Below are positions 33,555-50,500 of a DNA stretch of 64,000 nucleotides, in pieces. How positions within the stretch are numbered: position 1 is the stretch's first letter; each line of letters starts with the position of its first letter. Source of the DNA: Mesotaenium endlicherianum (Eukaryota); NCBI GenBank assembly GCA_009602735.1, contig WELA01003449.1, forward strand, positions 720,692 to 784,691, given 5' to 3'. Under the pieces are notes generated by a model. It ran no database searches. It saw only the letters and a program-made list of their open reading frames with translations, and was not told the DNA's origin. The position numbers and the translations under genes are program-made.

Positions 33555-36500
33555 GGGCACACAGCTCTGCCATTCAGAGTTGCTGAGCGACGCTCATCGT
33601 GGTGCGCATGCAGCCGCGCAAGTTTCAGCTGGGGACCCTTCATGCCGTCCCCGCCCAATGACAGCACTCGCTGGCCTGCTGCTGCTGCTGCTGCTGCTGC
33701 TGCAGAGCACATTCAAAGCAGCCCATGCCGTGCTGCATACTAATCTCGTCGTTCCCCAGATCAAGAGCTCCTGCTGCTAGTCAGGCCTGGGCCATCTAAA
33801 GAAGGAAGGCCCACACCCTAACTCGGCATCGACACCCTAATGCACGCCACGCGGAGCTTAACAGGACAAGTTAGTGTCCAGGTGGCGTGCCCGTGATGTC
33901 TGTCGCGAACCTATATGAGGCACTACAGTCCAAAGACCCGACAACCCCCGGCCCCACTGGCTGCGCTGGCACTACTATACGCTGACACCCTTTGAGCATC
34001 ACCGCCAGCCCCAGCACTAGACCAGCACTAGACCACCAGCAGCAGCAGCAGCAGCAGCAGGACAGATGAAGTGGCAAAAGCCTATTTTTCAGGGGGGGGG
34101 GAGGAGAGGGGGAGCAGGGGTGATGAAGGTCTTATGAAGAAGGTAAATGGTGGGCTAGCAAGCTAGAGGAAGCGCCGGCCCTTCCCGGTGTTTCATGTCC
34201 GCTCTTCTCGGCTCAGTTGCCCACACGGCCCCCGCTCCGAAGGGTCTCGGCTGACATCGCGACAGCGTGACGGAGCAACACCTACCATGCAAGAGCGTTG
34301 CAGACATAGGCAACCATACACTTTGAACAAGCACATGCATGTATGCACTTTCACATAGAACGCGTTCTTTTAGTGACACGTGGTGTATGCAGTCTAAACT
34401 GCAGAGCTCATACGACACACGGCCGGCGTGCGTGGACGCGTGCACACCTCGATCATGAGAACGGCGTCAGCCGTGCCTGCTATGGTCATGTCCAGAGGGC
34501 TCTGCTCCATGTCAGCAACCGTGGGCCCCACCACGAAGTGGCCGTCTCTGAGGCCCACCTTCACGCCGGCTATGCTCTTCGTTAGCGGGATGTCCGACAC
34601 AGCCCTGCACAGTTGCATTGCGAATAGAGGGGGGAGGAGCGAGGAATGGATGAGCACAGGGGGAAGAAGGCATCAAATAGGCCCCCTAGAGAGGTCGCAG
34701 GGGGACTCCCCCCTACCAGTGCACGAGTAGACTGGGCAGAGGAGATGGAGGGACGAGGGAGCGATGAGTCAGCAAAGGAGGAGGAGGAGGAGGAGGAAGA
34801 GGGGGGGCGCCATGGCCTGACTAAGAAGAGGGATGCACCCTAGAGGCTCAGGGGAGCCACCTCGCCCACTTTCCTCTGCTCTGGCTCAATAGAGGAAGGG
34901 AGGGAGGGAGGGAGGGAGGGAGGGAGGCAGAGATGCACGTGACCTTCTCAGGTGGTGGAACCCACACACAGGATGGAGATAAGGCAGGGCATGTGTGTGT
35001 GTGTGTGTGTGTGTGATAGATAGATAGATGGATAGACAGAGAGAGAGAGGGGAGGGGGCAGGGGGGANNNNNNNNNNNNNNNNNNNNNNNNNNNNNNNNN
35101 NNNNNNNNNNNNNNNNNNNNNNNNNNNNNNNNNNNNNNNNNNNNNNNNNNNNNNNNNNNNNNNNNNNNNNNNNNNNNNNNNNNNNNNNNNNNNNNNNNNN
35201 NNNNNNNNNNNNNNNNNNNNNNNNNNNNNNNNNNNNNNNNNNNNNNNNGGGAGGGGGGGGGAGGGTGGGTGGAGGAGGGAGTGTGAGCATGTGAACTCAC
35301 CTCGTGGTCGCGAGGGCGGCCCTCTCTCTTGATGAAGCCACCCCTGCAACCCAGAGGGAGCCAGCGCCCCCTCAGGATTCACCCCCTCCTGCCCTGCCCT
35401 GCCCTGCCCTTGACCCCACGATGTGGCCAAGGGGGGCCAAGCACACATTGCCTCTCCCAATTCAAGTAGCGGTAGAACCAGGGCGCATCCACATCCCAGA
35501 GGGACCCCACAGGCAGCGCCTCACACACACAGTGAGTGACAGCCATGAGGGCTGCCAGGGGCTCGTCTCTGTGGCCAGCTGCGGTGGGGGTCAGAAAGCA
35601 GGCGAGGCCAGGTGTCGCAGCCACGAGCCACGGGCTTGTGACACGTGCCAGGATGAAGAGGCAGCAGCGCTGGTGTGGCCCTACGTGGCTCTCTGATGTT
35701 GCATGCAAGGCCACGCGAGCATTGGCACGCAAACACACTGCGTGCAATCCTCACGGTGCTAGCAGCACCACGGGGAGGGAGCAGCCACTTGCCATTAGTG
35801 GGTGTCACACAAGCACACTGGTGTCAAAGAAGCAGGCGAGATGGATTGCCGACTACGGAAGGGCAGTACCCCCCATGATCGCCGGACGAAAGCTGAGAGA
35901 GGCAGGCAGAGGCTATGAGCACAGCCCAGTCTCCTTGTGCATTACTGAGGGGCGCTTTTGAGAAAGGGGCACACTCGTGCGCCCACCATGTGCACGTGCA
36001 TGCGGATGGCAAGCATGCAGTCCCACAGTTCCAGTCACGCAGAGAGAGAGAGAGGGAGCCTCAGGGTGCGACTCCGAGCACGTCACACAGATGGGAGGCC
36101 TGAGCCCTGCTGGCCCCGTGCTCTCGAGACGCCCAAAGAAAGCAGAGAAGAGAGAACAGAGAAGAGGAGGGACTGGGGCGAGGAAGAAGGGGGGGGGGAG
36201 GGGGGGGAGGGGGGTTGGGGGGGTACGCGGTGCGGCCGGCGGCGCTGAAGCGCTCCTGGTACATCACTTGTAGCGGCAGAAAGTCGGAGGGCTCACCCAA
36301 GTCCGGCTCCGAGCACGCCGTCGCGTACACCACCTGCAGGTGTGGGGCATTGCCCCGCTCTCGCATGCATCAGGCGTCAGGCATCGGGCGTCAGGCACCA
36401 GGCTGAGCCGGCGACAGAGTGACAGGGTTCAGGTTTCTGCAATTTGGGCCCCGGCCTAAACCCCGACCGCTCCTAGGATGGAAGGACTTACGCTCGTTGA

Positions 36501-38568
36501 CAAGGGGCTACGACGTGCGCAAAGTCTAAAGGACGAGCCTGATAATAAATGAGGGAATTCAGCGTTCAGTTGGTTGCCTTATACTAGCTCCTGCTCTGTT
36601 TGAAATCAGGCCTTTAGGGGGTTGGGGGGGCGGGGGGGGAGGGACAGCAAAGCCTGATGGGAGAGGAGCTGGGCCACAGGATAAGCCTAGACCCGACAAC
36701 CCGGCTTGAAGTGTTAGTGCCAATGCCATATGACAATATAGCACCTGCAACAGGGAGCCCTTTGAGGTCCCACCAAAGTTCATGGCCCTTCGGACACCTG
36801 TGCACGACCTGTACTTGCGCGCGCGCGCGTGTGTGTGTGCATGTGTGAGGGAGAGAGAGAGGGCAGAGTGCTGAAGCTACAGCTGGATGGAGGACAGAGC
36901 TGAGAGTAGAATGCAAAAGCAGAGAAGAATTCTTGCCCGCAAGTAAGAGAGGAGGGGGTACATACAGTTTCGCCATCTGTCACGGTGACGGCACCCCCTG
37001 CCAGCCTGCCCATTCGCCCTGTCTCTATAGTGATCTGCATAGGACAGGTGGCAGCCAGATGAGAACAAAACGTCAATGAACGACTTTAATGAAGCAAAGC
37101 ACGTCTCCCTTTTCCGGAACACATTGGAGAGGGCTGGGCGTTTCAAAGAGGAAACGAGTGCTGAGCAATGACCAGCTGGGAGGACTCAGCCTGGTGGGAC
37201 GCCTCAGTCCCCTTCCTCGAAGCCCTCAGATGTTTGCAGGGACGCACACATGAGGGGCTGCTTGCTCCTGAGTACTGCCCCCTGCAAAGGCTTGCTAGGG
37301 CGCTCTCTCCACTCCACCTTTAGCCAAATGCTGATCCTTATCCACATGCAAACGCAGACGCATGTGCACATGTACCCACAAACACTCTTGCCTCCGCCTG
37401 AGGGATTCCAAAGCCTCTCCAGGTGAGTTTCTGCCCCACTTTCTTGTATAATCCATGCCTTTATGTACCAGGCTATGGACAGGTTGGCTCAGAGCAACAA
37501 ATTACAGCCATAAGCCAGATGAGAGAAGCTGTGAGCTTCGGCTGGGACACAAACTGGAATTGTGTCTAGCGGGACTATTCTTCAAGAGCAACCTGGCGGC
37601 TACGAGAATGCTTGCTCTGGCTTCTGCTGCACCCAGAGCTGTCTCACGCATCAACAGGCTGCCAGCAGCTTGAGGGCTGGCCACAGCACGTGAGCTGCCT
37701 GGTGGTGGTCAGAGGAGGAGCAGAGAACCTGAAGCCATTGCAGCTCAGGTGTGAACGTCGAAGCAAACCATGAGACAAAGCCTGAGAGGTATGCAAAAGG
37801 CCCTGAAGCTTCCTATAGGGTCCTTGGTCCCCACTTGCGTCCGGCGGGCTTACGAAGCTTCCTCATCACGACCTTGCCACTACGCCGCACCTAGAGCTTT
37901 CGTTTGTGCCAAGCCCTCGGCAGCTCGCATTTTTTTCCCCCGGTTTCTCTTCTCACACCACTACACAATTGAGAAGAAGTTTTCTTTGAGGGAGGTCGTG
38001 CCTCAGACCTTCCTTAGATGTGCCGTGATATGGCATGCTGCTGATAAAAGCATCCAGATTAGAACGTCTCCAGTCCTCTGCTACAGTATGAGCTCAAGTT
38101 TCTTGGAGGCACGCGAAAGCTAGAGGGGAACAAATATACCTCTCGGTCACCAAAAGGAACTTTCACGGACTGGGGAGTAAGAACCGTCTGTCGTCCAGCT
38201 GGCGGTTCTGCGGCAGCAGCTTCATTCTCACCAGCTGCTACTGACAATGAGCAAGTAGCTATGGTCGAGTCCTGTCTACTTCCAGTTCTATGCCTCGCAG
38301 GATTCTTGACTGGAAAATCTGAAGGAAAATCTTTGCCATTTTGAGAGGAGTCAGCAGACAATTGGTATCGATCTACTCGGTGCCCTACAGAACTAAGTCT
38401 ATCATATGTACGCAACGCCCGAGTCCTCAGCTGAACGAAGCTCCGAGAAGATGGGAGACCAGTAATGCAAGAACGGAAGTTCGTGACTGAGGGTCGAAGG
38501 AGCAAATGAGGAATTGCATGAGGAGCACATAGAGGCGCCCCTACCACAGCATTCTGACACCCCAACAT
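22674..38568 (-). CDS. PNP1: Chloroplast polyribonucleotide nucleotidyltransferase (PNPase), about 20 visible exons; ~50 aa missing, probably in the 35068-35248 gap
   Basis: Exons in order: transit peptide+[10 protein letters not shown] (38140-38568), [55 protein letters not shown], acidic [15 protein letters not shown] (plastid-type insert), [64 protein letters not shown] domain [11 protein letters not shown]1 domain [19 protein letters not shown]; last exon 22674-22775. Confidence 0.95.
24103..24148. other. Assembly gap (N run)
   Basis: N run flanked by G tracts. Confidence 0.99.
25368..25397. repeat. (TG)n microsatellite in PNPase intron
   Basis: Direct observation. Confidence 0.9.
26550..26584. 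repeat. (CA)n microsatellite next to a PNPase 5' splice site
   Basis: Direct observation. Confidence 0.9.
27342..27438. other. Assembly gap (N run)
   Basis: N run flanked by C tracts. Confidence 0.99.
28017..28110. repeat. Compound (CA)n/(CG)n microsatellite
   Basis: Direct observation. Confidence 0.85.
30743..31340. other. Assembly gap (N run)
   Basis: N run flanked by C tracts. Confidence 0.99.
32367..32408. other. Assembly gap (N run)
   Basis: N run flanked by G tracts. Confidence 0.99.
33356..33553. repeat. (CA)n, (CG)10 (33399-33418) and (CAGC)n microsatellites
   Basis: Direct observation. Confidence 0.9.
35068..35248. other. Assembly gap (N run), probably hiding PNPase exon(s)
   Basis: N run flanked by G tracts; the expected conserved PNPase segment is absent from flanking sequence. 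Confidence 0.95.
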
Positions 38569-39946
<1,378 letters not shown>

Positions 39947-39996
39947 GAATACTGCACAGTCCCTTTTGAGGCTCCTGTTGAGCTAAACAACCAACT

Positions 39997-40012
39997 GGTG
40001 TATTTTTACACC
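39997..40012 (+). terminator. Histone mRNA 3' stem-loop (SLBP-type processing signal)
   Basis: CCAACT-GGTGTA-TTTT-TACACC-ACCAA: 6-bp GG..CC stem, 4-nt U loop, ACCA 3' flank, 50 nt after the H3 stop. Confidence 0.8.
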
Positions 40013-40130
40013 ACCAATGATCAGGACTCAATCATCTCTGGCTGCTCCTTGCTAGGATGTGACCTTACTTGGTATAGTTCGCACTCTCCTACTTGCACTT
40101 CCAACAAGCACTACCATTTAAGCCTTGGTC

Positions 40131-40290
40131 TGACATCTGGTGGGGGAACTAAGGGGGGTGACATTCGAGGAAGCTTGGGTCTAGGAATCATGAGAACATG
40201 CCTGTTATTTAGACTAACATCTGGTAGGGGAACTGAGGGGGTTGACATTTGAGGAAGCTCGGGTCTAGGAATCATGAGTACATGCCTATT
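40131..40290. repeat. Tandem duplication, 84-bp period, 2 copies
   Basis: ACATCTGGTRGGGGAACT...GGTCTAGGAATCATGAG at 40133 and 40217. Confidence 0.85.
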
Positions 40291-41956
40291 TTGGGGACAC
40301 TAAGAATGCTCACTGGGCACCAAAGCCAATCCAGGTTTATGTATCTAGAAGCTAAAGGAGCTTCAGAGCGCCCAGCCATGATATGAAGGTTTACCCATAG
40401 GATGTACATCTAGCAACCACCAGTGTCTTCTTGGCTCAGCGTTTCTCACGAGTATGTAGGTGGCACTATTTTATAACTTACACAATCAACGCTCGTCCAG
40501 CATTATCGAGGTACTGTGTAAAGACAATGTTCTCCATGGTGGCAGACACTTGGCAGGCCTCTAAGAACCAGAACGTGTACTTTAAGATTACGTAGTTCAC
40601 TGTGGCTAGGTGATCAGACCATAGTTACAAATCAAGTGTCTCAATCGCACTATGGAAAGTTGAGATTTTTCTGGACTGGAGTTTGCTTAAGCCGCCATTT
40701 CTTACAAGGAGTTATGCTAGATAGCGTAAGAGGTCAAAGTATACTAGGAACAAGGAGCAATAAAGACTTTGATATGCATAAATGGACATTATTTGGTTAA
40801 GCATTAGAGGTCACATTTTTTATAGTCATTGTGGTTTTCTGCTTGCATTATGCCTTGTGTTTTTATAGTCCAATTCACTTTTGACTAGTGCAAAACAAAA
40901 ACTTGTGCAAACAAATTGATTCAAAATATAGAGATGCTACATGGCTACATGGCTTGAGCCTCTTGAGTGATTACTTGAGAAGTTGGTGAGCTAAATATAA
41001 TCAAAGGCATCGCAAGTGACAAAATCAGTTTTCAAGATCTGGCTCAACACATTGATGTGGATGTCTTGTTGTGGGCTTGATGCCAATACTAAGGACCCCA
41101 GAGACTCATGTAATTTTCATCTGGACATGAGCAACAACTATGCATAAAGAATGAACTTTTATGCTTTAAGAATGTACTAATACTTGTTAGTGGATCCACA
41201 GCTGAGATTGTGAACACGTGCCCTGTACTGGAATGGTAATGACCTGCGTAGGCAGTTCAATGGGCTACATCCCTAGCATCTTCATAGCAGTTGGATATGC
41301 ACTTCCATCTTCCAATTCTTTGGCGAAGCTCATGCCTTAAACTGTGTGTTGGTGTTCATGGTCTTTTACTTATTTATACGAAATAAATTACCACTACGTT
41401 TAAAACAATTAACATCATTATATCATAATCATTCTGGAAGTAAAGAATTTGTTTGCATATGCAGTCAAAAGTGTACTTCTTATGACAAGACTATATATGT
41501 GACACACAACATAGATAGATGGTAAGTTAATAGTAATAGACCTATAAGCAACACTAAAAGGAGGTTCACTTTACGGCTTACAGAAAGTCCGGCAGCACTT
41601 CGCAATGTCTCAAACCTGGATCCTTGCAATCGCCATCAGTTTTTGCAAGGGTGCTAGAAGAGGTGCCTCATGAGTATCACTTTAGATTGTCCCTTTCATG
41701 GTACACTTTAATCGGCCAGATTTTGCGAACCTGACCGTCCACAGAGTGTAAGAACTAGACTAGCCCCTGCTGTCAGTCGCATATCAATCAACTCATGTTG
41801 GTAAATACCAGCCACTGGCCAGTCTTGTACCACAGTTAATGAAATTGGATGTGCATTATCTTTGCAGCGTGTCCTTACAAAAACAAAAGTGCAATGGCAG
41901 AGATCAAAACCAATTGTAGCACCAAAAACATCAAGGGAGGATAGTGATATACAAGC

Positions 41957-46387
<4,431 letters not shown>

Positions 46388-47538
46388 GGTGGCAAATGTT
46401 TGTTGACTTGGCCAGAAGCCTACACTGATAATTTACTTTCAGAAAATGCTGCCTCGGATCTGCTTCGCAAGAGTGTAACTGTCCTTTTGACCATCGAGGG
46501 ACAATTCTAGGCAGTCTCATATCCACACGAAATTGCGCTTTGCATTTCAGCATCCCGTCATTGCTGTCACTTGCTGCTTGAGCCTCGGGCTGATTAGTGG
46601 AGATCGACTTAAAAAGGATTTGTTTTTTTCCCGAAGATGAAACTGCTGTCGTGCCCAGGTCATGCCTATATCAAGCCTCTGCTCAAGGGGACTAAGTCAC
46701 ACGTGCTGCCATCCAAAATCCATGGCAAGTCAGCGGTCAACTCCGACTTTAAACTTGTGTTAACCAGTGTTAACACTTCTTCCACGTTCCATCTGCTTGC
46801 ATCGACGAGCCTTCTAATCACTTCTAATGGCCGTTTACTCGTGGCCATTCGGCCAGGCTTTTATTCTTCACACAAAGTGACTTCGAATTTAACCATGACG
46901 CCAATACAATGGACGGCTCCCATCGGCTGCCGTTTATATCCAGCCTCTATATTAGGGCCAAAAAAGGGCTAGACATTTAACTTCCGCTTTAATTGTTTTT
47001 CTCGAGGGGCACCTCGACTTCAAACATGATGGTCATATGTAATTTTTCCTCATCCTTCACCTCTTTCTCCCGTCTTCCTGATCACTCTCAATCCCTCCAT
47101 TGACCCCACTCCTCTCTCCCTTAACCCGCCCTTTCCTATTCCTCTTCCCTCTCACAACAAATCCCTCATCACAATCGACCACCTCTCCCTCTCTTTTCCT
47201 CCCACTTTCAAAAAGACACACATCTTATCCGCCCCCACCACCTTGTCCACTTCCAAATTTGTGTTCATACACGGCGTCAATGCTCCCTACAGTAGTGGTG
47301 TCATACTTTCAATGAAACCCCACAACATGCTCTTACAATGCGAAGAGTTGGTTCTCGCTGTGAAGTCACAACAAGCGTTAACATATATGTACACCACATG
47401 TGGCTCCAAGCGAAGCTAACTTGTAAGAAGTGAAGAATGTACACCACCTAGTTTTGCAACTAAAGAAGGACCTACATCACCTGAATCACGACAGAGGACA
47501 CTTGTTCAAGACTGCCCTATCAAGAAAAGACAGCTATG

Positions 47539-50500
47539 CTACATGGCTAGGCACAGGTCAATGTGACAGTTGACCTCTTCATTGCTTGAGCCCCTAGGTA
47601 GCGCTATTTGGCAAATGGGACAAATTTCACCACCTGCGCCAGGAGCATCTCTAGCAACACTGTGTCAGGTATGGTGGCAGAATTTAGTACGTCTTGTACT
47701 TGGGGGTCTCACATGCATATAATGCAAGTGGCATGGGTGCACCAGATACACACACAAGTACAAGCATGCACTTCCTTCACAAACGAAACGCCCAAATATC
47801 CCCCCCCACCCCACCCCACCCCACCCCGCCAAGAGGAGAAAAAAACCAAAGTGACCCTGACTCCAGCATGCATGAAGGATGACAAGCACAAGTGAAGCAA
47901 TCACTGGGACGGAGTGCAGATCGACATTCCGTCTCTCAATAATCTTGAAACAGCAACAGCTGGCAACACGCCTCCCAGCCAGAGGTCGAGGAAGCCTGCG
48001 CGGTCCACTTCCCACCTGGTGCAATTTCGTCCTCAAGAGCAACTTCCGCCGCCTCTCCGTCAGCACGCCGAGAGACATCTTCAGTTGCTGCTCCCTCCAC
48101 TTGCAAAGGGTTCCTTTCCTCCTCCTCCTGACTGGCATCACCCGTATTTGATTTTCCTGCCTCCGACCCACCGCAACTCCCCGTCCCATCACGAGACCCC
48201 CCCCCAGTCTCGTGCGAAGTGCCTCGTCCAGTGCTGTGACCTCCCCAGACAGCCGGCAGCTCTAGCTTTCCTTGACCCCCGGCCTCTTCATAACTTTTGG
48301 ATGATCCTTCAACGGCCAGCTCATAGTTCCCTTCCGATTGCCCCCTTACAAGGTCCCAATCCAGATGGAGCACCTTCCTACTAGGCGAGCCACGCGCAGA
48401 CGCTTCTGTTGGGCCATGATGGGCAAGAGCATGCTTCCCTCTTTCCATCTCCGCCGCACCCTTCGCGAGCCCTCCCAATCTGAGCCACACGTTGTCCTCC
48501 CCGCTCGCTGAGAAACCACGGCCGCTCCTTGGAGGAAGAGGCAATGCGTGAGCAGCTCCCTTCCCTTCCAGGCTGGCCTTCATCCTGCCTTCTGCCCCTG
48601 CGGGAGGCCCCCCGCTGCTGCCTGCCTTGACCCAATCCTTCTTGCTCACCACCTGCACTTCATCGGCCTCCGCTGCCATTGCTGCTATTGCCGCTGCTGC
48701 CGCCGCTGCAGCAGCATTGCCGCGGTCAGAGCTTTCTTCCCCTTCCTGCTGCTTGCCATGCCGACGAGTACCATCACAGCCAGGGCCTGCTACATGTCGC
48801 TCCTCAGGTCTGCACCGGCTGTCCACTGCGTCGGGCAGCTTACGAGCAAAGCACCCAGAGGCGAGCCGCCCATCCTCAGCCAGCGATGCAGCAGCCCCCT
48901 CGGCTTCACGGTGGCCTCCATTGGCAGTGGCGCCAGTTCGGTGGTCGTCTCCTCCCAAGAAAGACCCCCCAGGATCCTCCTTACCATGAGACTTGACATA
49001 AATCTGCGCACCGCTGCCTGCCAGGCTGCGCTCTTCCTCGCCACTCGGGCATTTTCTCATGTTCAGCTGTTGTGAGCTCTCCCCGCTTGCTTCATCCCTT
49101 GCTGGAGCTTCATTAACCACATGCCCCTTTGGAGTCTCATGTGGCACGCGTGTGCTGGTCCCAAGAATAGGGGCAATGGGGGCCTTGTTGTCGTCTGATG
49201 ATGCCGGGTCCTCAATCAGACTCATGCCTGCACCGCCACCCGCTTTGAGCTGCTCTTGGCGCCTCTCTGCCCTTCTCCTCTTGCTGCGCGCATTCACCAG
49301 AGCAGGCGTGCCCTCGCCATCGCTGCCGACCTCCACCTCCATGGACCACCACAGCCTCCTGCTCATCCCAGCTGCTGCGTCGCCACCCTCTTCCTCCTCT
49401 ATCCGCACCTCCTGCGCCTCACCCTTACCATCTCCAGCAGCATAGACGCTGCCCGGAAAGCGATGGCATTCCTGTCTCGCCCTTCTCCTCGCCGTCCTCC
49501 CGCGCCCTCCTGCTCCTCCATGGTGCTTTCCAGAAGAAGGGTCGCCTTCGTCAACATCGCTTTCGCAATCTCTCCCATGATACAGACGCTGCACGCCTAC
49601 CTTCACGAACCCCATGGATACAAGGTCTCCTCTCCCTGAGTGCACAGGGGTATGGGTTTGCTGGGCTCTTTTGCCGCCACCTACTGTCTGTGCAACACCT
49701 GCATCCCCGCTCCTCTTGGCCCTTCCCTTTCCTAGCGCCGTCGTCCCGACGGGCGCTGTTCCCTCCTTGTCCTTCTCCGCTGCAGCTGTTGCCAGCCTCA
49801 ATGTCGGCTCAGCCACATCGCCCAATCCTGCCATCTTCTTCTTTTCCGACGGCGCCCTCCTCTGCTCTCCCCCTGTGTGCCCCTTGACCCTATCCTCATC
49901 CCCCTCATTCCCCCCGTCTGACGATGGCAGCCAGTCAGCGTCACCATCATCCTGCTCCTCCTGCTCCAGGCGCCTCTTGCTTTTCCGCACCAGCCGGGCC
50001 TTCCTCCCTTCCTGCCTTGCCCCCTGCTGCCGGTGCCGCTCCCCCTTCCACACCTCAAACTCTGCATCGGAGTCCACGTCCCTGTCGCTGGGCTCTGAGC
50101 CCCCCCAGGAGTCTGCACGAGGCAGCCCCTGCAGTGAGTGTTGGCTCCTCCCCACCGCGTCGAGCGCTACGAGCTTTACATCAGAACAGCAGGCCCTGGC
50201 GCTGGCGCTGTTGCTGGCTCTCACACTGGCACTGGCATCCTCCGGTGGCCTCTGAGCTGACGATTGCAGCAGCGGGTCCTTCCCCCTGTGAGCTCCAACA
50301 GCAGCCACCACAGGGAGTGAGGAAGGTCTCCCGGGATCCTTGCTGCTGGCGGTTTTGCTATCTTTAACGTCTCGAGCGCACTCTAGCACCTGCTGATCCT
50401 CCCCCTGCTCTCCGCTCCTCTCCTCCTTCACTTCCTTCGCCACCCCAGCCCTGGCCGCAGCTCCAGCTCTCGCCTCCCCACCCTCGTTCCCTTTACCACA

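Noticed and set aside
32170..33840. CCCTAAA telomere-like words
   Set aside because: Isolated single copies, not an array
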